From an uncultured virus (IMG/VR IMGVR_UViG_3300023239_000006) (Duplodnaviria > Heunggongvirae > Uroviricota > Caudoviricetes): DNA of 64,000 nt. Made by a program: the position numbers and the translations under genes. How positions within the stretch are numbered: the stretch's first letter is position 1; every line of letters starts with the position of its first letter. Of this stretch, positions 18,600 to 27,493 are shown one piece after another. Under the pieces are notes generated by a model that was given only the letters and a program-made list of their open reading frames with translations, made no database searches and was not told where the DNA came from. The stretch covers positions 1 to 64,000 of the IMG/VR virus record IMGVR_UViG_3300023239_000006; one strand, written 5' to 3'.

Positions 18600-19865
18600 A
18601 TGCCAAGATTAAGCCTCTACCGCGCCCAAAAGGGCAATGATTTTAAATTCATCGATAAAACCGTTTGGGAAATGTTCCAAGTCGGCGGAGTCGATGTACT
18701 TGTTCACAAGTATATAGGACCTGGTTCTAGCAGTGAAGTTACTCCGACAACTCCTGCATATACCACAGACAATCCTTTACAAATACAAGATTTACTATTC
18801 TTAGAAAATAGAGATCGTAAGTATGATCCGGATATATATAGGCTGCGAGGTGTTTATAATATTCAAGACATTGACTTTAACCTAAGTCAGTTTGGTCTAT
18901 TTCTACAAAATGACACAGTATTCATGACGTTTCATATTAACGATACTGTCGAAAAACTTGGACGTAAAATTATGTCGGGCGATGTAATTGAGCTACCGCA
19001 CTTAAAAGACGAGTATGCACTTAACGATTTGCAGTTTGCTCTAAAACGTTTTTACGTTGTTGAGGAAGTCAATCGTGCAGCGGAAGGATATTCAGTAACT
19101 TGGTATCCGCACCTATATCGTGCTAAATGTAAACCACTAGTAGACAGTCAAGAATTTAAAGACATTCTCAACGGTCTCGCTGACGGAGATGGTAACGATA
19201 CTACCACTACCTTACGTGACATTATGTCTACGTATGAAAAAGAAATGCAGATTACCCAAGCAGTTCTTAACCAAGCAGAAGCAGATGCTCCTAAGAGCGG
19301 ATACGATACTACTAAATTCTGGACTGTTCAACTGGATGAAAACGGAAATGCTGATCTAGTAACTGTTGACAATGAAACTATTGATGCTAGCTTGCAAACG
19401 CAGGCCACTGATGCTAATGGCAACTTGTTGTTTGATGCCAACAACGACCCAATATATGTTGGGCCAACAGCTAGCACAATGTTACAAACTGCCAAGGGCA
19501 ATGGCTACCAAGGTTACCTAACAGGAGATGGCATTCCTTCAAACGGCGCGCCGTTTACTGCTGGCATTGCATTTCCACTGTCAGGCGTAGACGGACAGTA
19601 TTGCCTAAGAAAAGATTACATGCCTAACAGACTGTTTAGGTTCAACGGAACAAGATGGGTTAAGATGGAAGATATACAGCGTATGACTATGAACAATCTA
19701 GGTGCTAGCGATACCGGAGTTGGCGATACATTTGAAGGTAAAGATGTTCGTCAAACACAGAAAGGTACATTTATTAACAATACAAATACAGCAGTCATCG
19801 ACGGGCATACTGTTGAAGAGAAACAAAGCCTTAGCAAGGCGCTTAGACCACAGGCGGATGTATAA
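18600..19865 (+). CDS. 14: Neck/head-closure protein (gp14-like) with C-terminal extension
   Basis: Divergent from gp13; LSQFGLFL, GDVIELP motifs; start moved to ATG 18600. Confidence 0.6.
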   Translation: MPRLSLYRAQKGNDFKFIDKTVWEMFQVGGVDVLVHKYIGPGSSSEVTPTTPAYTTDNPLQIQDLLFLENRDRKYDPDIYRLRGVYNIQDIDFNLSQFGLFLQNDTVFMTFHINDTVEKLGRKIMSGDVIELPHLKDEYALNDLQFALKRFYVVEEVNRAAEGYSVTWYPHLYRAKCKPLVDSQEFKDILNGLADGDGNDTTTTLRDIMSTYEKEMQITQAVLNQAEADAPKSGYDTTKFWTVQLDENGNADLVTVDNETIDASLQTQATDANGNLLFDANNDPIYVGPTASTMLQTAKGNGYQGYLTGDGIPSNGAPFTAGIAFPLSGVDGQYCLRKDYMPNRLFRFNGTRWVKMEDIQRMTMNNLGASDTGVGDTFEGKDVRQTQKGTFINNTNTAVIDGHTVEEKQSLSKALRPQADV

Positions 19866-20413
19866 TGTATATCTATAAATTTATACATACCGAAAGCGGA
19901 AGAGCGTATATAGGGCAAACTATACAAAATCCAAATCGGCGTCGGCTTGAACATATTGCCGATAGTAGGAATACTCCAAGAACATATCACTTTCACAATG
20001 CTTTAAAAAAATACGGATCAGAATCATTTATATTTGAAGTTATTGCAGAAGCGAAATCTTTGGAAGAATTAAACTTGTTAGAGGAAAAATATGTGAATCA
20101 ATACGATTCTATTAACAATGGGTTTAATATTCGACAAGCAGGTGGCAACAAGCTACATTCTGAAGAGAGTAAACAACGGATGAGTGATGCTCAAAAAGCT
20201 GCTCATTTACAGAGAAGATTAGAAGGAAGAGATAGCGGATGGAAAAGGAAAGATGGCGGGCCTATGAAAGGAAAAATCTGTTCCGAAGAAAATAAACAAA
20301 AAAAACGAGAAGCACATTTAAAAGCACAGCACTATACTGGAAAAACTTGGAAAGTTATAGATGGTAAAAGAGTGTGGTTAACTAAGGAGGCTGTGGCTAA
20401 CGCTACTGTATAA
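19865..20413 (+). CDS. Free-standing GIY-YIG homing endonuclease with NUMOD3-like repeats
   Basis: YIY...YIGQT, R..EH, E, NGFN motifs; HSEESKQRMS and SEENKQK motifs; flanked by 8-bp direct repeat TGTATAAT. Confidence 0.9.
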   Translation: MYIYKFIHTESGRAYIGQTIQNPNRRRLEHIADSRNTPRTYHFHNALKKYGSESFIFEVIAEAKSLEELNLLEEKYVNQYDSINNGFNIRQAGGNKLHSEESKQRMSDAQKAAHLQRRLEGRDSGWKRKDGGPMKGKICSEENKQKKREAHLKAQHYTGKTWKVIDGKRVWLTKEAVANATV

Positions 20414-21843
20414 TCATCGACTATTTTTATGACGGACAAATAAGACGATATGTAACGCAATTCATGCGTGTGTTTATAGGATTTAAGTATCAAGACGGAG
20501 AAGGCAATCAATTAAGTGTTCCGGTGCTGTACGGAGATATGACCAGGCAAGTTGCTAGTATTATTAAAGATAACAGCGAAAACAAAATGTCTACCGTTCC
20601 TCGCATTGCCTGTTATATCAGTGGCGTTGACATGGATATGAGTCGGATGAGTGATGCTACGTTTGTTAGTAAGGTTAATATTAGAGAACGTAGATATGAC
20701 GATATCGACGGTACAATTGATTATCAAAATGCACAAGGCGGCAACTATACCGTCGAACGGCTAATGCCTACTCCGTTCACACTGTCTATGAAAGCAGACA
20801 TCTGGACCAGTAACACTGATCAAAAGTTACAATTATTTGAACAGATTATGGTATTGTTTAATCCTAGTCTTGAGTTACAAACAACGGACAACTATATTGA
20901 TTGGACTAGTTTAAGCGTTCTAAATATAAAGACAACTAATTTTAGTTCTAGAACAATACCACAAGGCACTGACAGTGACATTGACATTTGTTCTGTTGAG
21001 TTCGATATGCCTATATGGTTATCTCCGCCAGCCAAGGTCAAGAAGTTAGGCGTGGTTAGATCAGTTATTGCTAATGTGTTCACAGAAGCCGGTGATATTG
21101 TTAATCTTGAAGATTTAGCATTTAATCGGGATAAGGGATCTTTCCAGACTAATCCGTTGCGCTTTCGTGTACTATTGTTTAAATCTAATACTGGTAATAT
21201 CAGTGATAATATTTACGATCTTACACTAGTCAATCCAGGTGCTGCTGTTATTGCACAAGGGTTAGATCAAAAAGCATTCAAGTTAGGTGAACCAGTTGAT
21301 TGGAATAGTTTGTTATCAGCTACCGGTGGGTTTAAAGCTGGAGACCATATTTTCTTTAAGCAGGCTAGCGGCTTTGACATGGTAGGCACATTTGATATTA
21401 ACCCTACTGATCCAACTATTCTAACTGTGTCGTTTGCAGACGATCCTAACCAAATTTCTAATACTGTTATTGCAGGCAAAACTTATGTAGATGCAATCAT
21501 TGATCCTTATAGATTCAATCCTGTTACTACATTTAACGGACAGGCAAATATACCTGAGATTAGATATCTAATGTTAGACGATGTCAATCCTAATAGTGCA
21601 AATGCAGATGGACCCGATGGCTGGAAGAATCTCGACCTTAGTGACCCAGTTATCAAAGCCAACAGTATTATTGAATGGAACGGCACTAACTGGGTTGAAG
21701 TTTGGGATCCTGCTACTGCTACTGTTCCAACTTATATTCAAAACTATCGTACAGGTATCCAATATCGCTGGGACGGTACTCAATGGATGAAAGCATTTGA
21801 AGGCGAGTACGCTCCAGGATACTGGGGAATAGTTAACGGGTAA
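20413..21843 (+). CDS. 15: Tail sheath stabiliser/terminator (gp15-like); true start probably upstream of ATG 20464
   Basis: gp15-like motifs (VPVLYG, P.PFTL....IW, EQI...FNP). The frame is open from 20401 and encodes DYFYDGQIRRY, the expected N-terminus, with no ATG. Confidence 0.7.
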   Translation: MIDYFYDGQIRRYVTQFMRVFIGFKYQDGEGNQLSVPVLYGDMTRQVASIIKDNSENKMSTVPRIACYISGVDMDMSRMSDATFVSKVNIRERRYDDIDGTIDYQNAQGGNYTVERLMPTPFTLSMKADIWTSNTDQKLQLFEQIMVLFNPSLELQTTDNYIDWTSLSVLNIKTTNFSSRTIPQGTDSDIDICSVEFDMPIWLSPPAKVKKLGVVRSVIANVFTEAGDIVNLEDLAFNRDKGSFQTNPLRFRVLLFKSNTGNISDNIYDLTLVNPGAAVIAQGLDQKAFKLGEPVDWNSLLSATGGFKAGDHIFFKQASGFDMVGTFDINPTDPTILTVSFADDPNQISNTVIAGKTYVDAIIDPYRFNPVTTFNGQANIPEIRYLMLDDVNPNSANADGPDGWKNLDLSDPVIKANSIIEWNGTNWVEVWDPATATVPTYIQNYRTGIQYRWDGTQWMKAFEGEYAPGYWGIVNG

Positions 21844-21855
21844 TAATTCTAAAGT

Positions 21856-24147
21856 TTAAAGAGTAGAGATAGTTTTAACAGTAATCAGCCCTACCATTGA
21901 GCCGTGTACGCTACACTGATATCGGTATCCACCTGATATGTCCGATGGTACTTTCCAATATAATGTTCCAGAAACCTTACCTTGTGCATTAGTTCCAGTT
22001 GATACTGTACCACCAGTTGATACATGAATTAATCCAGTATTATAATTTATACCGCCTGGTGTTTGTATTAGGAAAGGATGGCCGCTTACATTTAAATTAA
22101 AAGCAATAGTCATTCCTGTAATTGCATATACTGTTGGGTTATCAGTAGATCCGTATTGATCAAATCTATATGCCGATGCTCCGTTATTTGTTACTAACAA
22201 CATTGTCATTGCTGGTAAGTAGATTTGATCTATAGTTGCGCCGGCCGAATCGCTTAATCCTGTAAATGCAGTGGCTCCAGAGGCTACTGTACTTGTAATA
22301 GTTACTGTGTCTGTACTCTCATTTGTAGTTATGCTAATACCTGTACCAGCGGAGATCGTTAACGTATCAGTAGCACTATCTGCTACTACATCATTTTGTC
22401 CGGTAACTGCAATAGTTGCAAAAGCATTAGCAGAGCTAGAACTGTTAGTAATAGTCACAGTGTCTGTGCCTGCATCTGTAGTTATACTGATACCGGTGCC
22501 AGCGACTAGTGTTAACGTATCAGTAGCTGAATCTGCTGCAACACTAGTCTGTCCTGCTACTGCTATTGTTGCAAAACTATCTGATTGTGCGCCACCGCCA
22601 GCTACGGTTGTCCAAGTATTATCGCCTCTCAAGAACGTGGTAGTATCTCTAGTTCCAGCAGTGCCTAACCTCAAAACTGGCACAGTACCACTTGCTAAGT
22701 TACTAGCATTTAATGCTGTTAAGTTTATTCCGCTTACTACTGGAAGCGTAGCAGGGAATCTAGCATCTGGCATAGTACCACTTGCTAAGTTGCTAGCATT
22801 TAATGCTGTTAAGTTTACTCCGCTGGCAACAGGCAGCGTAGCAGGAAATCTAGCATTAGGAACTGTACCACTTGCTAAGTTGCTAGCATTTAATGCTGTT
22901 AGACTTGTTCCTATACCGCTGAATGATGTTGCTGATAATATTCCAGTATCGCTGATAGAAGCCAAACTAGTTTGTATAGATGTACCGGATACACCGTTGT
23001 ACCGGACAAGGTTGTTATCTGCATAGCCGCCATTTACTGAGCTAACATCGCCGGCGCCGCTACCTGTAGGACCAGGAGGGCCTTCATCGCCTTGCGGCCC
23101 TACTAACGTTGCTGTGCTTTGTCTACTACCGTCCCCAAATACGATTTCGCTGCCTATTTCCACATCTGCTGAAAAACTTACATCGGTTAAAAAGGATATA
23201 CTGCTGCCTGTTGACAAATCTATAGTGTTAGTAGAGAAAATTAAGTCGCCTGCGGCAGCAGAAGAATTTATAGTAACTACTCCTTGATTAGTAGTTAGTG
23301 TGATTCCGGTACCTGCAGTAATGCTTAACACTCCTGTATTAGATACCGTAAATGCACCTGCGGTTTCAGAAACTGCAATCCCTGCGGCTGCTTGAATATC
23401 TAATACACCTGTATTAGTCACAGTAGTTACATTATCAACTACTGCTACAGAAATGCCACTACCTGGGGTTATATTAGCAATTCCACCTGATCCTGGATCT
23501 GCTACTGATATGGCATTTCCCATAACTAAATGGTTAGAACACCAATAGTAAAGAGTCGCTGGTGTTGAGTTGGTTATTGTTATCCAAACTTGTCTAGAGG
23601 TGGCTGAGTTGAACGCTGAACTATTATATACAGTCTCAGTTACAGTAAGCCCATTAAGAAAATATCTTACGTTGGACAAATAACGTGTGCCGCCGCCCAA
23701 CGATCCACTTAAATTGTCATCGGAAAAATTCAAAGGATGAGGATTAGGAGTAGAGTTGGTAGCATTTGGAAAGTATACATTAGTAGCATCGCCTTGATCA
23801 AATACATAAGTGTATCCTACTACAAGAGTTGGACTTGCACGATAAATATTGTTAAGATTGTATTTGTTTCCCGCGTCGGCCTCCTGTGGTCCAGTAACAG
23901 TTACTGTATAAACAACAGTTGACACTCTAGATTCTACAGATTTTTTTCTAAATCCTATATTATCTATATTAGAAAGATCAGCCTTAGCAAGCGAAATTCC
24001 GCCTGTCAGATCACCATCAAATAATCTAAGTGTATTTGAATCTCTATCGTAAAAAATTTCTCCCCTGCTCCCAACTTTCCTGTCTAGAAAGTCAGATTCT
24101 CTAGGAATAATTCTTACGCTGTTTAGTATAGGTGCTTTGTTTGACAT
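21856..24147 (-). CDS. Tail-fibre-like virion protein with collagen segment, internal repeats and two cupredoxin-like motifs
   Basis: GPQGDEGPPGPTG; repeats LTALNASNLASGT and FATIAV.GQ..V.ADSATDTLT; HP...YYWCSNHLVMG and HP...YQCSVHGSMVG. Confidence 0.7.
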   Translation of the reverse strand: MSNKAPILNSVRIIPRESDFLDRKVGSRGEIFYDRDSNTLRLFDGDLTGGISLAKADLSNIDNIGFRKKSVESRVSTVVYTVTVTGPQEADAGNKYNLNNIYRASPTLVVGYTYVFDQGDATNVYFPNATNSTPNPHPLNFSDDNLSGSLGGGTRYLSNVRYFLNGLTVTETVYNSSAFNSATSRQVWITITNSTPATLYYWCSNHLVMGNAISVADPGSGGIANITPGSGISVAVVDNVTTVTNTGVLDIQAAAGIAVSETAGAFTVSNTGVLSITAGTGITLTTNQGVVTINSSAAAGDLIFSTNTIDLSTGSSISFLTDVSFSADVEIGSEIVFGDGSRQSTATLVGPQGDEGPPGPTGSGAGDVSSVNGGYADNNLVRYNGVSGTSIQTSLASISDTGILSATSFSGIGTSLTALNASNLASGTVPNARFPATLPVASGVNLTALNASNLASGTMPDARFPATLPVVSGINLTALNASNLASGTVPVLRLGTAGTRDTTTFLRGDNTWTTVAGGGAQSDSFATIAVAGQTSVAADSATDTLTLVAGTGISITTDAGTDTVTITNSSSSANAFATIAVTGQNDVVADSATDTLTISAGTGISITTNESTDTVTITSTVASGATAFTGLSDSAGATIDQIYLPAMTMLLVTNNGASAYRFDQYGSTDNPTVYAITGMTIAFNLNVSGHPFLIQTPGGINYNTGLIHVSTGGTVSTGTNAQGKVSGTLYWKVPSDISGGYRYQCSVHGSMVGLITVKTISTL
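22684..22900. repeat. 90-bp coding repeat, about 2.4 copies
   Basis: gtaccacttgctaagtt(a/g)ctagcatttaatgctgtta recurs at about 22685, 22775 and 22865. Confidence 0.9.
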
Positions 24148-24261
24148 GTATAATTCCCGTATCAATATATTTATTCATAATACAACATAGAATTGTGTGC
24201 CAATACTGGGGTAGTTACCATTATACTATAGGGTAGTTAACTGCTAACGATAAGTATTGGT

Positions 24262-24639
24262 ATGCAACAGCGTGCCGGATTACTATTCTTAGCAAAAACA
24301 ACAGGTAGGGTACTTCTTATATTAGAAGAATCTAAATGGACAGTTCCTACCTTCCCTCGTAGCCGATCGCTCCTAGAAGATGCTGATGTATTATTAGACA
24401 GGTATTCTAAAGGACGTATTTTGCCTATTGAATTGTACCTATCAGAAGACCGGGGATTTGAATATGGTACGTATGTTTGTCTCGTTGATGAAGAATTTTT
24501 AACAACTGCTGCCTCAACTATTGCTTGGAGTAACCTAGAATATTTGCCTAAGCAATTACATACTGGATTAAAAATTACATTAAATAATTCAGTTATAAGA
24601 ACTAAAATTGAAACTATATTGGAGTTAGAAAAATGTTAG
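24262..24639 (+). CDS. Degenerate NUDIX-fold-like protein
   Basis: AGLLFL..TGRVLL N-terminus and YVCLVDEEF...W...LP..LH.GL C-terminus, but no Nudix box. Confidence 0.5.
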   Translation: MQQRAGLLFLAKTTGRVLLILEESKWTVPTFPRSRSLLEDADVLLDRYSKGRILPIELYLSEDRGFEYGTYVCLVDEEFLTTAASTIAWSNLEYLPKQLHTGLKITLNNSVIRTKIETILELEKC

Positions 24640-24905
24640 AAATACTTAAATCTGAAAGATTTCAAGAAGAATATAAAATGTATCAAGCTAGTATTGATGC
24701 TATAGCTAATAGTGATATTCGAGCACAAGCAGAGATATTACTTAAAAGTTTAGTTAACGAAGTGAGAAAACTTGATAATCAACATCAAGAAATGTTTTCC
24801 GGTAATCAAATTCCTATGGCGCTAGGAGACTCTAGATTGGGGATTACTCAGTTACGGAAAAAACTTGATGTTCTTTGTAAAGAGTTGAAAACTTTAAAAA
24901 AATAA
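24633..24905 (+). CDS. Hypothetical protein
   Basis: 90-aa helical ORF with SD, overlapping the previous gene. Confidence 0.65.
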   Translation: MLEILKSERFQEEYKMYQASIDAIANSDIRAQAEILLKSLVNEVRKLDNQHQEMFSGNQIPMALGDSRLGITQLRKKLDVLCKELKTLKK

Positions 24906-24922
24906 TATGCTTATTTGATCTA

Positions 24923-25534
24923 CTAATATAAGTTACCTTGTCTTGTTATTACTATGTTTGATGCAAACACAACTCTCGATTCAGTTGTTTGATTATAGAA
25001 TACATAATGTTCGAGGCATGATGGAAATATTATTAATATTCCCTCTTCCATTGGTGGCTTATATACATTCGGATATTGATCTAGTGGGTCCAATTCTAAA
25101 TATTTCAAATGATTCGATAGATTAGGAGTCCTAAAAACAAGCTGGCCCGAATTCAAATTAGGTTGTTTTAATATCGCTATACATGAAAATGCTGGTACAT
25201 TAGTTGTTATATGATTATGCAATTGTTGGTGATCGTATTGATTATGAACATTATACCATGTATCTATTTCAACTTTATACGGAAATTGAAACATAAAAGA
25301 ATCTATGTAGGACTGAATGTAAGGTCCAGGTAGTACTGTATCATTCCATTTTTTAAAGAATTCAGCATCGCACCAGCGTTGAGATGCATTTTTAGAAATT
25401 CTACTTTCATCGCCTTTGTATTCATCTTCTTCTCCATTTAGTATTAATGGAAGATAATGATCTTGTAGCGTTTTTAGATCTACAGGATTCAATCGAGAAA
25501 TGCTTATTGGGTATCCTTCAAGTTGTATTTTCAT
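24923..25534 (-). CDS. Putative 2OG-Fe(II) oxygenase (TIGR02466-like)
   Basis: WYN...HNH, G.LVF, IFPS.LEH.V, R.VFASN. Confidence 0.8.
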   Translation of the reverse strand: MKIQLEGYPISISRLNPVDLKTLQDHYLPLILNGEEDEYKGDESRISKNASQRWCDAEFFKKWNDTVLPGPYIQSYIDSFMFQFPYKVEIDTWYNVHNQYDHQQLHNHITTNVPAFSCIAILKQPNLNSGQLVFRTPNLSNHLKYLELDPLDQYPNVYKPPMEEGILIIFPSCLEHYVFYNQTTESRVVFASNIVITRQGNLY

Positions 25535-26259
25535 TAGATATTGTCTTTGGTGTACAAGCCAGTTTTAAAATTACTTGTGAGATCTACAGTATTACCAGTG
25601 TTAAAGAAGTCAATTACTTTGTCTGCTAAAATTTTATGATTAACTTCTGAAAAGTGATTAAAACGCAGGTCGCCAGTTGCTGCACGATATATCGCAGCCG
25701 TTTCATCGTAGTCAAACTCAGAGCTTGAAGTGTTAAACATAGTGCCTTCTACTCCTGTAACGGAGTGAAACCCTGGTAGAATCAAACATCGAACACCTTG
25801 CTGTGCATATAGTTTAGTTCTAAAAGTTATCGCATCAAGAATTGCATCATAGTGTATTAAAAGGCGGTGATCGGAATATAAATATTTTTTATACATTTCT
25901 AATGCTTCGGCTTGTTCTTTTGTAACATGAATTCCGGGCACAAATTTTGCATTTAGGAAGTTTCCCATGTCTGGGTTATCTTCAAAGAACCATTCTCTGT
26001 AATAAGAAGTAAGTTGTATTATAACATAGTCACCACTTTTAAATGACGGTTCACGACTTCTTAGGGTATGGAAAATATACTCATTGGCACAGCCAGCTAC
26101 AGCGTCATTTATATAATCGCTATCTCCAGTAAAACTTTCAAAAACAATATCGGTCCAATTCTTTTCTAAAGGCATGAACGTTACCGGGCCGTTAATCCCA
26201 ATAACTTCATCCTTATGAGCATTGGGTAAACTAAAACTGTCGCCGAAAATATATAACAT
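25534..26259 (-). CDS. SGNH/GDSL-like hydrolase or acyltransferase
   Basis: FGDSFS N-terminus, AGCAN block, C-terminal NHFSEVNH. Confidence 0.6.
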   Translation of the reverse strand: MLYIFGDSFSLPNAHKDEVIGINGPVTFMPLEKNWTDIVFESFTGDSDYINDAVAGCANEYIFHTLRSREPSFKSGDYVIIQLTSYYREWFFEDNPDMGNFLNAKFVPGIHVTKEQAEALEMYKKYLYSDHRLLIHYDAILDAITFRTKLYAQQGVRCLILPGFHSVTGVEGTMFNTSSSEFDYDETAAIYRAATGDLRFNHFSEVNHKILADKVIDFFNTGNTVDLTSNFKTGLYTKDNI

Positions 26260-26888
26260 TAATTAGTTGCTCCGGTTTCTAATAAAATATTGAAAGATAA
26301 ACTAATACGATCTTCATTAGTTTTATTTTCATCAACGCTATGATCTAAATAGCCTGGCCACATACTTATTCTGCCTTGATCCGGAGAGAATGCGTTTTCA
26401 TGAGCATATGAACTTCCGATTGGATTACATTTTAATGCTTTAAGCGCATTTTTAAAAACTATATCACCATCTTGACCATTTGTCTTGAACCAATATACTC
26501 CGCTAATATGACTGGTCCCGTGATCATGAAGATGAACATACTGACCGGGTTTGGTTAGTGTTAGCCATGAGGATTCAATTGCAGGCTTATAAAGAGGTTT
26601 AACATTCATCATTCTCATATAATTGAGACAATTATGCATAATACATGACGTAACTGCCCTCATTTCTTCGACTCGTAAAATAGACTCTCCAAAATTACCT
26701 TTATTAGACAGACAATTGGTGTTAGAATTCCAATGTGGATTTTGCCCCCATTGATCTTCTAAATAAAGTTTATCAACTACAGTTTGCAATTCGGTTTGTA
26801 TCTCAGCATATTCCCTATTTTCTGTTTTATAGGTATAAAAAGGCGTAGGAAATAACGAATAAATTTTAGCTTCATTTTCGTTGTTCAT
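26259..26888 (-). CDS. Putative 2OG-Fe(II) oxygenase (TIGR02466-like)
   Basis: LFPTP, HLHDH, ISGVYW, WPGYLDHSV, RISLSFN. Confidence 0.85.
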   Translation of the reverse strand: MNNENEAKIYSLFPTPFYTYKTENREYAEIQTELQTVVDKLYLEDQWGQNPHWNSNTNCLSNKGNFGESILRVEEMRAVTSCIMHNCLNYMRMMNVKPLYKPAIESSWLTLTKPGQYVHLHDHGTSHISGVYWFKTNGQDGDIVFKNALKALKCNPIGSSYAHENAFSPDQGRISMWPGYLDHSVDENKTNEDRISLSFNILLETGATN

Positions 26889-26902
26889 ATTTTATTCCGT
26901 AT

Positions 26903-27493
26903 TTAAATAAACATCATTTGATTAATTCTATAAGAATCGCCAACAAACCAATCAGGTTGCATTACTGCTGTATGTACATCAGTCTGTCTATATAATACTA
27001 ATCTATTAAACATCATTTCTGCATAACCTAGTTCCTGCCCGTTTTCAGAATAGAACGCAGTGCCGCCGCGTGATTCGTTGTTGTAATTTAAATATATCGA
27101 TGCTGCAAATCTTCCAGGATTTGCACTATCTCGATGAGGCGTTGGCTGGTCTTGTCCTTGCATTACATTTACTAAAAATGGCATGAAATTAAACGCTTCA
27201 CGTATATCGTTACTAGTCTTTCGAGGACCATCATTAAAATTCTCATTGATTAATTTAACAAATGTTTCTGCTAACCCTGTTAGATTAATTCCAAGACTGA
27301 TTGATAATCCTGGGTAAGTATTTCTAATCATGCTTTTTGATGCAGGAATAGAAAGGGTCAATTCTCTAATCTTTTCAGGATTAACATAAAAGTCATCAAC
27401 AATAACGCATTTGGAATCGCCTAATTGATGTACACATACTTTAAAATTAGGATTGATTGCAAATATGTCGCATTCATTTATTTTTTTAATCAT
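26903..27493 (-). CDS. 2OG-Fe(II) oxygenase (DUF6445-like)
   Basis: IVDDFY.NP, YPG, PHRD, YLN...GGTAFY, FNRLVLY...H, R..Q. Confidence 0.8.
   Translation of the reverse strand: MIKKINECDIFAINPNFKVCVHQLGDSKCVIVDDFYVNPEKIRELTLSIPASKSMIRNTYPGLSISLGINLTGLAETFVKLINENFNDGPRKTSNDIREAFNFMPFLVNVMQGQDQPTPHRDSANPGRFAASIYLNYNNESRGGTAFYSENGQELGYAEMMFNRLVLYRQTDVHTAVMQPDWFVGDSYRINQMMFI

Noticed and set aside
19865..20418. Group I intron restoring ATG-GAC of the gp15-like gene
   Set aside because: The insert is fully occupied by the ORF, with no recognisable core helices and no terminal G that would give a correct junction
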